DNA from: Geosiphon pyriformis uo1
Taxonomy: Eukaryota; Fungi; Glomeromycota
Assembly: GCA_016748015.1 (NCBI GenBank)
Contig: JAAOMT010000040.1
Span: 372,001-436,000, forward strand
Reading direction: 5' to 3'
Length of the DNA stretch: 64,000 nt
Positions 1-14,359 of the stretch are shown here, one piece after another; the first letter of the stretch is position 1; every line of letters begins with the position of its first letter. A program made the translations under genes and the position numbers. The notes beneath the pieces were generated by a model. That model searched no databases, was not told the DNA's origin, and was given only the letters and a program-made list of their open reading frames with translations.

Positions 1-3000
1 GACTAAACTTACACACAAAGACTACAATGATCTAACTTGCTACTCTGGAACTCTTGAAAACAAAGACAGATTCATGAAACCAATCCTTGAAAACAAAACC
101 CTTGCACAAAGCAGTACTGACCAAAACATTGGATGAACAAGTAAACAATAGCTGCGAGACAACTAAGGAAGAACAACCTAAACCAGATTGCATTCTCCAA
201 GCTGAAGCATGAGAGTCCAACAAATGAGCACAAACATTGACATCAAATGGACAAGAAAAAACATGGTCTGAAACTTCAACATCACCATAAAACAAACACA
301 CCACACTAGGGTAACTCTTATCATAAAGCCATTTTTGCATGACAATAAGAAGCCAAAGATGCAATGCCTTCATAAAATACGTTTGGAAACCAGCAGTTCA
401 TTTGTTAGTGAAACCAGCAGCCATATGAAAGTCTGGATGCCACACCAGTGATGATTTGAACCAATTAATATCTACATACAGACTATCTACTACCACCTGC
501 AAACCAGAACCAATTTTCCAATATGCACAATGAACTAACCAAAAAACATCCCAAACAAAATGTCTAGAATTACCAGAAATGACAGCACTACCAACTCTAA
601 AATAGTATTCATTGATAGAATGGGGCAGATTCCAGCTAGAGAGAGCCACAGCTCTGGCCAACTCATCTGTACACTCATTGTCTGAAACACCTGAATGACT
701 TTTGACCTTATACAAATTAATGTTCAAATTTTTATGACAAATAATGTTCACAATGTAACAACATTCAATCCAACACTGATTTTTAAAGTCCGGGCAAACC
801 AAATCCAATTTCAACTTGCAAGCATCCAAAGCCGCTTGACTGTCTAAGAACAAGTCAATTGAGTGAGAAGGAGAGACACACTCAAGAGCTAAAGCAATGG
901 TCTGCAACTCTGTTAAGGTAGAAAACATCAAACCAGAAACTCCCACACCCAAATTCATACTAATGTCTTCAAAAAAAACAGCAGCTCCGGCTTTTATATC
1001 AACAGACTCCAAGCCACTCAAAGATCCATACATATAGACAGAAAGGCAATCAACATTAGAACACAACAAATTTGCACTAATAGCACTAAACCCACAAGAA
1101 CAAAGAATATTTGAAAAGCCACCATCATCTAAAGATGAAAAGTAAACAGAAAAAGAGGACACATCACTAAGAAACCGAACAGAAAGCTCAAACCAGGTAG
1201 GAACTGGACCATATGGATCCAACCACTTCCATCACTTGAAGGTTTTCCAATCAAAAATAGCCCCACTTCAGTTAAGCAGCTGGTCCATGAAGGCAATCCC
1301 ATAATGCTAAAGTGAAGAAACACACTTAAAATAGGCTGATTCACCAAAAACACAAGACATAGAAGTTCCACTCCAATAATGAAAAGCATTGGTTAGGAAG
1401 CCACCTAAGAACAAATCACTTTTAAAGAAAATGTGCACCATACCAGCCAGAAAATTATTCAGAGAGTTGATCTTAACATGAACTGAATACTGCAAAGAGT
1501 GAAGTGGATGCCAGCAAAGGACCTGAAAATCATGTGACCAGTGAGAAAATAGATGACCCAAAATACCAATAGAGTTTGTGAAAGAAATAACTGAAGCTAA
1601 CTTATTTTCGGCCTGAATCTGTTCAAAAGTTTTCAAATCATACAGAGAAAAATGATGAATTGTATCACTAGGGAAGTCACATAGCACACCAGACTTAGAT
1701 TTCAAGTCCTTATGAATCAGAGCATCCCACTTTTTACAAGCACTGACAGAAACATAACTGAATTGTGTTCTATAACCAATGATAAGAAAGAGGACTGCCA
1801 AAACCAAATACAAAAACTGCTTATCAGATACTGCTTTTTTGAGGACCAGATTAGCAAAAAACCAGACATCAGAATGTGCTTTGGCCAGACTAAGTTAGGA
1901 AAGACCCTCAGTTGACAAATAGATCCCTAAATAGTAATGTAATTCCTCTTTCTTGGCAATAGAAATAGGTGACCCACTGATCAACAGAGAAGGATCTGCA
2001 ATCTTGCAATTAATGGGAATGGCCACAGTCTTATCATTATTAATTGAAATATCATTGATATAAAAAATTCACTAGCAACATTGAGAATGTGCTGCATAGC
2101 ATTTTGACCACTGCCAACTCATATAATATCATCAACAAAAACACTCATGGTGAAAAAGAAGAAGAGACCAGCCCAAGATTTGGCATAACCACATCCAGAA
2201 ATAAAGTAAAAATTTAACCTATATCCACACCTATCTGCCTGTCTTTTAACTTTACACAGAAGAGAATCATAAAATATGCACCAAAGAAGTGGCAAGAACA
2301 CCTCCTTCTGGTCCAAGCCATCATGCACTCTGTATCCATTTGTCAAACCAAAATCTGTCATAACTCTATTAACACAATCATTATGAATACCACCAAAAAA
2401 CCTAATGAACCTGCTACATATTTTTATCTTAACCAAACTGTTTTGAAAATGCTCCTACCCAACAGAATCATAAGCCTTCTGCATGTCCTGCAAGACCAAC
2501 CAGAGTTCACAACCCTTCTCCAAAGCATCTTCAATCACTAAACCAATGGCAAAAATGGGTGACTGCATTGTCATACCCCTCAGAACTGAAAAATTGTCCC
2601 CACGCAAAACATCAAAAGTACTACATGCTAACGAGATCCTATCTGAGAAAATTTTGGAAAGAATCTTACAGGCAGTTTTAATCAAGACAATAAGCTGGGT
2701 GTTTGTGAGAACTCCACTCATACAGCTTAGGAATTATTGAGACCCAAGCTTCCTTCCAAGCACCGGGTACTGATTTATAGATCAAACAAGAATTCAAAAG
2801 CACCAAAAGCATATCCAAAACTGATTTATCGCAATGTTTCTAGAGTTCATTCGAAATCCCAGAGTGACCAGCAACTTTATTCTTAAGAAGATTAAAAACC
2901 ACACCAAGCAACTTATTAATACCAACAAAGCACATCACACCAGAAAAGGCATCATCAAAAACATACTTCAGATGCCGGTATTGGCAGAACCATTTATCTG

Positions 3001-4438
3001 AGATGTCAAGCATCACTCTGCATTTTCTGGTCCAATCTTCCATGATTTTATCCACCCTAGATTTAACTAGACTTGGCTCCAATACCAATTCATTACTTAC
3101 TATTAGATGATCCAGTACCACCTTGTGAAAGGAGTGCTCCAAAACACTCCTAATGGTATGACTCTTGTCAGATTCAAAGCTCTCCATTCTCTTATTAATA
3201 GCTGCCTTGATACATGCTTTCTCAGCATGTCTGGATTCCAGCAACTTAGAAGAGTGGTAAGATTTTTTTATCTTAGCCAGAGCTAAGCAAATTGTGTCGA
3301 ATTTGGAACCTGAAAGAAATAAAGACTTTACTACTGCTGTACTATTAACATTGATCTCATATCATGTATTCAACAATGAAGCAAATTCCACACTAGAGAC
3401 CAAGTGAGAAGCCTTAACCAGCTTAGACATTAGTAACTCCAGCTTATGAAACCTCGAAGAATCTCTGGTGAAAACCCCATAAAAATCCTTGAACTATTTC
3501 TTCCTAAATATTTTATTAGCTGAAAGAGTCATTATTTTGCACAAAACATTCCACATAATATCCAAATTTGAGAGTTGTACAGTGGCTTCAAACTTATTGG
3601 CAAACATATCAGCATTGGCTAAAGTGGCATATTCAAAACTTTTCCATTTAATGTTGTCAGCACTCCTAAAATCAAACTTCCAACAATTCTTATTAGCCTG
3701 CCTATGAAAAGAATTTAACTGAGTATCCAGTAGACCACCCAGGCCCACAGAAACAGAAACTGCCCAATAATCAGTGTTAAAATGTTTGCTCACATCCACA
3801 ATATTGTGATCCACTATTGCATTGACCAAATTAAATGAAACTAGCATGAAATCAATTGTTTTTTTCACATCTTTTGAATTTTTCTATGTAGAACTTTTCA
3901 CTACTGAGTTACCTAACAAAGAGTTGACCAGCCCCAAATCTAGACATCTTTTAAAACTTGCACTCCTACACAAACCATTCTCATTGAAATCACCACCCAA
4001 AACAACGAAAGAAAATTCATTAACAGCCTTAGCAATGAGAAAGTTGACTTTACCAGCCTAAAAGAACCAAACCATTGAAGAAGTACCAGCATATAACCCC
4101 AAAATAGACACAGAAAGTTTATTCTTGAAAAGCAACTTAATAGACAGGAGCCGACCAGACACCTCAGAAACTTTGCACATATGTCTTGTCAAAGAAATGT
4201 CCATAACAATCACAACACCAGAGCCTACATAACCAGAATCCAAACCAGAGGTGAACACCCAGACATCATCAAACTTATTCATGATCCATGGGTGAATTTT
4301 ACCCTTTAACTTGGTTTCAGTAACAATAGAAATCAAATTGTTTGTCTCCTTATGCCAACAAATTATATCATCTTGTTTTGCAGGATTGTTCATGCTCCTT
4401 ATATTGCACGTGGCAATCTTCTAAACCAAAACACTCAT
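1..4438 (-). pseudogene. LINE copy 1 ORF2 (endonuclease, reverse transcriptase, RNase H), multiple stops
   Basis: ATG at 4438-4436 is in frame with ORF 4058..4393; domain motifs as above. Stops mostly derive from TGG/CAA/CGA codons. Confidence 0.9.
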
Positions 4439-6390
4439 TGAGAAATAGAGGCAGCTGACAAACCCAAACCTGAGCACAAATGATCCAATTTTTCCAAAAC
4501 AGATTCAACTGAGACCTCCAAAGCCACTATCTTGGATTCTAAACCACTAATTTTGGTAGTCAAAACTTTAGAACTACTTAGACTTATGACTGGAGCTGTA
4601 TTACTGATGACAAAAGGAGAGAGGTTGGAAATTGCTGAAGCACCATCCAATATCATATCCAAATCCAAACCTGAAACCACAGACACTGGAACTGTCAGGG
4701 AAGAAGCATCAGATGTATTTGCCAAAGACACCAAATTTATGGAACCCAATTTCTCCAAAATACCAGAAACCTGGTCAGCCAAAAGTTCCAGAGAGCATTC
4801 CAAAGAAGCCAAGCAATCATACATGTCACAATTGCCAGGCAAAGCAGAAGCAAATAGGGAGGTCTCAGCAACAAAAGACAGACCACCACCAAAAAGAACT
4901 GAAGAAGCCACATAAGAAGATAAACCACCAGCTATCTGAGCCCAAGTTCTATCACCAAAAGAAACTAGATGGGCAATAGGAGCTTGTTTCTTCTTATAAA
5001 TACCAGTCAGACAAACTTGATTCCAGTCAGTCACCACCCACTTCCCACAAACTCCAGAAATCTCACCAGACAAACATACATCAGAGATGTGACCAAATTG
5101 TTTGCATTTGGCATAGCAAGCCAGAGAAAGACCAGCCCATCACAAATCCACACTCTTAAAAACTGGATTAGAACCAATTGCAGCCAACTTTGATTCCTCA
5201 TCAGCAAAACAAACCACAGCACATCTGTTATGGACATAAAAACTAGAATTGCAACCAATAAAACAGGTCTTCTTATCATATGAATCAAGTAAACCAGACA
5301 AATCATAAGCAGTAGTGCCAACTGGTAAAGTATAGAGCAAGACCCTATGCTGATTTCTGAATACCCAAGATTGTTTATTTTCAACAGCCAATACCACCCA
5401 TACAGAATTTTTTCCCATGAGAATTGACTATTTAAAAGCAACCAAACTAGCCACTTCTGGCAACTCAAATTCAACCAAAGCTTTTTGCCACAAACCAATC
5501 AATTGTATCTTGATTGACACAATCTTACCAAACTTAGCAAAAACTAACTCAACTGCTGATCTGGGAAGATCTACTGAAATTTTTTTGACAATTATTTCCT
5601 AATTTGAACAAACACCCAACTTTCTAACATTATTATTTATTAAAATCTTCTTATGAACTGCCAATTTTTTAGCCTTGTTAAGACTCAACTCAGAAGTAAA
5701 GAAGGATTTGATGATCTTTGGGAATTTTGAGAGAGTAAAAGCTCCCCCAAAACCATCTACTTGATAAAAAATTTTCTTGATTGCAATTAACTTATCACTT
5801 TTTGTTTTTCCAGACACAGCAGATAGCTCAATATCTAATGCGAAAGATTTGACTGGCTTGATGTTTTTTTTTTCTGAAACATGTAACTTAATACTTGGCA
5901 GCTGATTGAAACCTACAAATTTGGGAGGTGGGAGAGCCATCATATCCTTATTACCACTTAAAACATTAAACGAAAGAGCTTTTGGAGGTTGACCTAACAC
6001 ATACATGCAAGTGCATATTTTCTTGGGCATAATATCATCTTCCATGCCATCAATCACAGAATTGTCTGAGTTAGCATAACTAGTTTCTTTAGTGACAGTA
6101 TTTCTCATGTTTTCCAAGTCTGACAGGCCACCCATGCTACTTGCTTCACTTTCCATTTTGCTGCCCCAAGATTTTGAAAACTTACTGTCAATGTTACCAA
6201 TATTGGCCAGGCCCAATAGACCAGCAGATAAATTGATTACACTGATACTGACTTTAGGATTCTTAGGCTTCTTATAAGATGCACTGTGAAAGTATACACT
6301 ATTTACCCTCTTCTTTTTTGTATTGAGCTGGTTTCCCAAACCAGCAGAAGTAGATCCAGAGCCACCAGCAACATAACTTGCCAGTTCCAT
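4435..6390 (-). pseudogene. LINE copy 1 ORF1 (gag-like: RRM-like region, degenerate CCHC knuckle, C-terminal coiled coil)
   Basis: ORF fragments 5599..6414, 5140..5418 and 4435..5073 are homologous to ORF1 of copy 2 (KSFALDIEL, GFGGAFTLSKF, LLYTLPVGT). Confidence 0.85.
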
Positions 6391-8116
6391 GTCCACGAAT
6401 AAAGATATGCTCAAAGAAATAGTTAAAATATGAAGGGAGTAAGGAGTAAGGGAGATTTTTTCCTTGACAATATCTTACTCTTATTGTGACTGGAGGATCA
6501 ACAAGAGAAAGATTTTTTAAAATTTTTTGTTATATAAATATATACCAAAAAAACTTAACTAGTAAAATAGCAAAATTTATAATTAAAAAATATTATTTAT
6601 ATTATTAAATTTCTGATTCAGTTTTATAATTAATTAATATTTAATAAATTAATTAATTTAGTATTATATTAAAAAACTAGTATTATAATTAAAAAAAATT
6701 TAATTAATATATTATTCTTAAATTGACTAATTAGTAAAAACCATGATTATATATGTTGTTATGATTCAAAAATTTAGCAAAAAATTCATAAAATAATATA
6801 TATTATCTAATCATAATATAGTACAATAATAATCTTAGAAAAATAATAATTAACATAATAGTAAGTACTATTACACAATAGTAACAAACACCAATTCACA
6901 ATAGCAGCCAACATCAACTGGTAATAATGGCTAATATCAACTGGTACTAATGGTAAATACCAAGTTAAAATACCAAAAAAAAAGTATTGCAATGTGTTTT
7001 CTTATAGAACTACAAACATATATATATACAGTAGCTTTAATATTAAAAAAAACAATATTATCTAACAAATCATAAAATAAATCATAAAAACAAATTATCA
7101 AACAATTCATCTAACAATTTCACTATAATTATCTTTTAATCTTTATTTTTAAAATAAATATTCACAAAAATCTTTAATCAAAAAGAAATAAAAAAGAATA
7201 TTAAAAACTAAATTCAATATATTAAGAAACTTACTTGTATTATTTATTAAATAAAACTATTATTCATCAGTTAAATCTTTTGGATAAATAATCTTTAATC
7301 AAGATTATTTACATTGTTACTAATTAATAAAAACTTTATTGTGAGAATTAAGAAAAGTGCTTAAGACTATTAACATTTTATGTTTCTAGATTAAAGAAAC
7401 ATATTAGACAATTGCAAAGATAGCCTTAAAAAAGATCTCAAACAGTAAATAGATTTCAGTTCAGCCTTTGGAAAGGAGTACATAAATATATACAACAATC
7501 AAAAATTGAGAAATAATTTACATCATAATATTAAAGAAAAAATCTTTAATATAATAGTGACATTATTACACAAATAGAATTGAGAAACTTATAAGAGACT
7601 GATTGTATTTAAAATAGGATATTGGCAATTAAATATATCAAAAAAACTATTCTATAATAATGTTAATTATGTATAAGTGATCAAATTATTAATTTAATAG
7701 TAAAATTGTTTAACTTTAAATTATTACTATTTATTAAAAATTATTTTACAAAAAATTTAAAAACATAACATTGTTTAATTTAAATAGCTTTATTATTTTA
7801 TAATTAAATTTGGTGTTTATTTTTTTTTCTAATAAAAAATATTAATTTGAATTTTATCAAATTTAATAATTAAAAATTGTTTTATAATAATACTATATAT
7901 TAAATTATTATTAAAAATAAGTTTAATATAGTGTTTATTAATTTTGGTATTTATATATAACTGTAATTAGTTTATTTGAATTTAAAACTTTATTAAATAA
8001 TGGTTTGTTGATTTTATTTTTCAAATTAAAAAAAAAATAATAGCAAAAATATTATTTTTAAAAATAATAATAAATAAGATAATATTATTAGATTTTAAGC
8101 TATTATAGTTTGTTGG

Positions 8117-9081
8117 TGTTATCAGAGGTTTTTGGTTTCTTTTTTTGAATATTACTAATGTCTGTTTGTTGTGAATTCACGTTTTCTAGAAGCTAGTAAA
8201 CCTTTAATAACTGAATTTATCTTCAAATTATTTCTTATAATTTAAATTACTGAACTTATAAGTGGAATAACCAATTTTGTACCAGTTATTTTATGTAGTT
8301 ACATTGTAGTAAACATTAACTCTTTCCCAAGAATTGTTTATCTGAAAGCTTACCAAAAATGTGTAGTTACTTTTGCTGTGAAAGTCAACTTTTCTACAGA
8401 AATTTTGTTTGTAGGCTATTTTAATAATTATAATAAGAAATAAAAATAAAAGAAATAAAATGTTGTTAAAAAAATTGTTTTCTATTCAGGCTTAGAATTC
8501 CTAACAGATTACTGAAATTGGTAGCTAATTAATTTCAAAATATTAGTTGGATTTTGGGAATTTGTTAAGTGCAATAATTAAAGATTGAGTTTCAAGTATT
8601 TGTTTTTATTGATTTGTAAAAAATGATTTTATTAAGATTAATACTAGTTAAAATATCTAAGAAAAAATAAATCTAAAATAAGATATCTATAATAAGATAT
8701 ATTTTTTCAAAGAGAAAAGCTTTTTTTTATATAATTTGTTGTAGTATTAGTCTTTAAACTTACACTTTTTTCTTTGCTATTGTTTTGATGAACTAAAGAT
8801 ATATTTTGATAAATTACAAATTGTTCTGTAAACTATTGATTGTTTTGGTAAACTATCAATTATTTTGGCAAATTTTTGAATGTTTAAATAGTTTAGAGTA
8901 TTGTGTAATTTAATCATCTTTATTTCTATAGTACAAATTAAGTTATTAATTAAATGATAATATTTGATAATTTGATTAAATAATAAGTAATAATTGAAAT
9001 GATAATAATATATGCTAATTAATAATAGAAATTATAAAGGTAATTTTATGTTAATTAATAGCTAAAATTCTACTGGTAATA
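8117..9081 (-). mobile_element. Solo LTR of the older Gypsy family
   Basis: Ends TGTTAT...GTAATA, flanked by a TTGG TSD (8113-8116 and 9082-9085). Homologous to LTRs at 21701-22629, 32553-33482, 45822-46799 and (inverted) 47732-48708. Confidence 0.85.
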
Positions 9082-9679
9082 TTGGTTATTTATTATAACA
9101 AAAAAACTTAAATAGTTCTGAAAATTTAAAAATTATAAATATATATTTACCAAATTTTTAATATAGTTTTCTTATTATTAACTAATAATATTAAAATTTA
9201 ACTAATAAATAATTATTATTAATTGTTAATTCTGTTAAATTATTTTTAGTTTTAGATTATTGGTTTATATTTAAGCTAATAATTATAATTGAAATTATTG
9301 TAATAGTTATAAAATTAATTTTTATAATTACAATAGATAAATAATTTATAACTGTAGTTAAAAATAAAATAAATATATAAATTATTGTATTAATAATTAT
9401 AATATTAAGAAATAATACTAAAATATTTAATATTGTTTTTATAAAATTATAAATTTGTAATTTAATATTTGAAATCTATAATTAAAGTTTTAAATATTGA
9501 TTTTCTAATTATTAGTTAGATAATTAAAAACAATAATTTATATTTATTTTTTATTATTATTATTTAATGAGTGAAATCCAAACACTACCTAGAACTATAC
9601 ATCAAAGAATTGATCTAAACTAAGCGTGAATCATGCACTTTCTACATGTAACCAGTCACTTGAGCCAGTTAGGACAACA

Positions 9680-12600
9680 CTACACAATTATATTAACTGT
9701 AACCAGGTCACCAATACCTGAAAAAAAAGAGCAAGATTTGCGAAAGGCAAAACAAACGCCAAAAGCTTCAGTAATACCAAGCAGTTTAACCACACCATTC
9801 GAAAATCTTAAAGCCAAACCAGAAACTGAAACAGGAACCAAGCCATCCACCAAGATTAGGCCATTCTTTTCCATATATACACAATGCTTAGCACGGACCA
9901 ACCAAATGTTATTTCTGAAAGTGACACAAATAGAGCATACAAAATCAGCAATTTTAATGCCAGCAACTCTGGGATTATGGAAGATAGAAACAGCCTCCTG
10001 AAGCCATTCTTTGAAAACAAAACCCTTGCAAAGGGCCGAGAATACCAGGAAATCTAAAGCACAGGTTGACAGCATTTGTAAAATGCTTGAAAAAAGGAGG
10101 GAGAGACCAGAAAGCACTTTCCAAGAAGACATACAGGATTCCAAAACCCAATGACAAGCTGCATCATCAATCACACAAGAAAACACATGATCAGACACCT
10201 CTATCTCACCACAATACAGACACAAAACACTAGGGTAACTTTTATCATAAACGCACTTTTGAACAGCAACAGGAAGCTAATAGTGCAAAGTCTTCATAAG
10301 GTAAGTACGGATATCAGCAGTATGCCTGCTGGTGAAACCAGTCGCCATATGCAAATCTGGGTGCCAAACTCTGGAAGAGATAAGCCAATCAACATCTGAG
10401 TACAAATCACCAGCTAGAAACCTAGAACCAGAACCGACCTCTCAGCATGTCCGACAGACAGCACAAAAAACATCTCGAACAAAGTGCCTAGAATTACCAG
10501 AAACAATACCACCATCCACTAACAAAAACTGTTCAGCAATACAAGAAGGAAGAAACCAATCAGAGAGAGCTGCAGCATCAGCAATGCTATTGGCGCAATT
10601 ATTTCCCAACATACCAGAGTGGCTCTTGACCTTATGCCAGCTAACTCTTAACATTTTTTTGTGGATAATATTCCCAATATGCCGGTGCTCAACCCAACAC
10701 TAATTGTGAAAGTCAGGATACACCAAGTTAACTTCCGACTTGCAAGCATCCAAAGCTGCCTGGCTATCTGAAAACAGGCAAACAGAACAATCCACAGGTA
10801 CACACTCCAGAGCCAATGCTATAGCCTACAACTCCACCAAAGTAGACGACATCAAACCCTAAACACAGACACCCAAACCCAAGTTAATGTCCTCAAAAAA
10901 GGCAGCAGCCCTGGCCTTACAACCAGTCATGCCCAAATTTTTTACCAACCCATCCGTATACACAGACAAACTATCAGTGCCAACCCAAGAAAGATGATCA
11001 CATACAGACACAAAATCATCAGAACCACAAATGTTTACAGGGCCAACACCACTCAAAGCCAAAGGAGAGGAAGGTACACCACTGAGAAATGCAACAGAGT
11101 GCCCAAACCACTCAGGAACTGGGCCACGAGGATCCAGTTTTTTCCACCGCTTAAAGGTATACCAATTGAAGATATCCCCATGACAATCTTGAAGCTGATC
11201 CACAAAGGCAATGCCATAACACTGGAGAGAAGGCAAGTATTTGAAAAACAAGAATTCGCCCAGAACAGTAGATATAGGCACTCCATTATGAAACCAAAAA
11301 GAGCTGGCCAAAGAGCCACCTAAAGACAAATTGCATTCAAGAAAAATGCATACCAAACTTGACAAGAAATTATTGGAAACACAGACATGGGTATGAGCTG
11401 GTGAACTCAATGGATGAATAGGGTGCCAACACAGAACCTACAAGTTGTGAGACTTGTGACTAAACAATTGACCCAAAACCCCGCAGGAGTTTGCAAAACT
11501 AATAAGTGAAGCAACCTTGCTTTTAGACTGACATTGTGAGAAGGATCTTAAACCATAAAAGAAAGGATGATGAATTGTGTCACTAGCAAAATTGAGAGAA
11601 AGACCAGATTTAAGTTTCAAACCCTTGCGAATCAGAGCATCCCACTTGTCGCACACACTAACAGGGACAAAGCTGAACTGCATCCTGTAGCTAACTATAG
11701 GTTGGAGAACTGCTGACACCAGATACAAGAACTGCTTATCTGAAACTGCTTTCTTTAGAACCAAATTACTGAAAAAATGAACGTCTGAATGTGCTTTAGC
11801 CAAACTAGGCTTAGAAAAACCATCAATTGAGAGAAAGATACCAAGATACTGATGAGATTTGCCTTTTTTGGCTATGAAAATAGGTGAACCACTGATAAAA
11901 AGAGACAGATTGCTGATCCTGCTATTAATAGGAATGGCCACAGTTTTGTTATTATTGATTGAAATGTCATTAATCCGAAAAAATTCATTAGCAATATTGA
12001 GAATATGTTGAGTAGCAGTCTGACTGCTGCCAACCCAAATTGTGTTATCAACAAAGGCTCCAGCAGCAAAAAAAGTAGAAAACCCAGCATGAGATTTAGC
12101 GCGACCACTCCTAGAGACAAAATAGGAATTGAGTCTATACCCGCACACATTCTCCTAATGCTTGACTTCACACAAAAGAGGATCATAAAATATGTGCCAA
12201 AGAAAGGGGGAAAAAACTTCTCCTTGGTTCAACTCATCATGTACACTATAACCATCAGTTAAACCAAAATCTGTCATAACTCAATTGGTCCGATTCCTAT
12301 GAATATTACTGAAAAAGCGAATAAATTTGTCACACATTTTGATCCTGACCAAACACTTCTTGAGATGCTCCCACCCAACAGAGTCATACGCTTTTCGCAT
12401 GTTTTGCAATATCAGCCAGAGCTCCCTGTTCTTCTCCAAAGCATCCTCAACAACTGAACCAATAGCAAAAATAAGAGTTTGAGTAGTTGTACTCTTCAAA
12501 ACTGAAAAATTATCTCCATGAAGAATCTCATGAACACTGCATGCTAATAATATCCTGTTAGAGAGAATCTTGGAGAGAATCTTGTGAACCGTCTTGATCA

Positions 12601-14359
12601 AGACTATAGGTTGGGTATTTGTGAGGACACCTTTCTACTCATATGGTTTAGGGATCATCAAAACCCAAGCTTCCCTCCAAGAATCAGGCACAGACTTATG
12701 AGACAGACAAAAATTCAGAAGCACCAAGAGCATATCCAGAACAGATCTATTATTATGTATTCACAGCTCATTTGAAATACCTGAAAGACCAGCAGCTTTG
12801 CCAATAGGCAGATCAGAAACCATGCCGAACAATTCCAAAAACTCAATTGGCTGCATTATACCAGAAAAAGCCTCATCAAAAATGTAATCCAATGGCCAAT
12901 ACTGACAATGCCACACATCAGGAACATTGGGAACCATTCTATGCTTCCTAGTCCATCCTTCCATGATTTCATCCACCCTTGATCTCACAGAACCAGGTTC
13001 TAAAATTACCTTATCATTCACAACTAAGTGATCCAAAATGATTTTATGGAAAGGGTGCTCCAAAATGCTTCGAATAGTGTGACTCTTGTTCAGCTCAAAA
13101 CTTTCCATCCTTTTATTGATTGCTAATTTAATATGAGATTCCTTTACACGCTTCGATTCCGCCATTTTAAGTAAGCAATAGGTTTTTCTGATCTTGGAAA
13201 GAGCTGACCAAACAGTATCAAGAGGAGAGCCAGAGAGAAAAAGAGATCTGACCACAGAGGCATTATTATCATTAAGAGAACTCCAGACATCCAACAGTGA
13301 AATAAATTTGCCATGACAAATCGACTGAGAAGCTTTAACCAGCTTCGATATCAAAAGTTCTAACTTATGAAATTTGGATGATTCCCTAGTGAAGACACCA
13401 TCATAGTCCTTAAATCATTTCTTCTTGAACACCTCATCAGCTAAAAGAATCATTATCTTGCAAACAATATCTCACATTGCATCCAAATCTGAGAATCACT
13501 GGGAGGCAATAAAATCAGCAGAGAACATGACAGCATTAGCAGCCATAGCACCCTTGAACTTGTTCCATTTCACATCATCAGCACCCTTAAAATTAAACTT
13601 CCAATGATCTCTATTCACCTGTTTGCAAAGAGAGTTCAACTGCACATCCAATAAACCACCCAAATCCAAAGACACAGAAACAGCCTGATGGTCCGTTTCG
13701 AAATACTTACCAACATCTGAGACACTGCAGTGTACTATTGCATTAACCAAATTTGAAGAAACCATTACATAGTTAATCGTTTTTCTAACACCCCTAGAGT
13801 TTGTCCAAGTGGGCAATTTTACAGCCGGGCTTCCGACCAAAGAATTTGCCAGACCCAAATCAAGGCACTTTCTAAAACTTGCACACTTACGAGAACCATC
13901 TTCATTGAAATCACCACCAAGAACAATGAAAGAAGATTCATTGACAGCCTTTGCAATGAGAGAGTTGACTTCACCAGCCTGAGAGAACCGAACTGCTGGA
14001 GAAACACCAGCATAAAGCCCCAGAATCAACACAGAAAGTTTACTCTTGAAAAGTAATTTAATAGACAGGAGCTGACCAGGCACTTCAGAAACCTTGCACA
14101 TGTGACGAGCCAAAGAAACGTCCATGATAACAACAACACCTGCATCCAAGTAACCAGAGTCTAAACCAGAAGTGAACACTCGGACACCATCAAACTTATC
14201 TGCAATCCACAGCCAAACTTTACCTCTTAATTTTGTTTCAGTAACAATAGAAACCAAATTGTTCATTTCCTTATGTCACCTAATAATGTCTTCCTGTTTA
14301 GCAGAATTGTTCATGCCCCTGATGTTGTACATAGCAAATTTCCAGACCAAACTGCTCAT
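9680..14359 (-). pseudogene. LINE copy 2 ORF2 (APE-RT-RNaseH)
   Basis: ORF fragments 13496..14266, 12761..13354, 12281..12601, 11438..12148, 10859..11410, 10442..10654 and 9680..10225. ATG at 14359-14357 is in frame with 14266. Confidence 0.92.

Larger units (their letters stand above)
1..6520 (-). mobile_element. Degenerate non-LTR retrotransposon (LINE copy 1): ORF1 + ORF2 (APE-RT-RNaseH-Cys motif); 3' end runs off the window
   Basis: Collinear minus-strand ORF fragments. APE endonuclease (IATCNIRSMNN, IVTETKL, 3494-4438); RT (LQDMQKAYDSV, GLDQKEVFLPLLW, FVDD, 1900-2750); RNase H (VYMYGSL, ELQTIALAL, DSQAAL, KVKSHSG..NECTDELA, 398-1222); C-terminal CxxCx6-7H motif (32-373). 5' boundary approximate. 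Confidence 0.93.
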
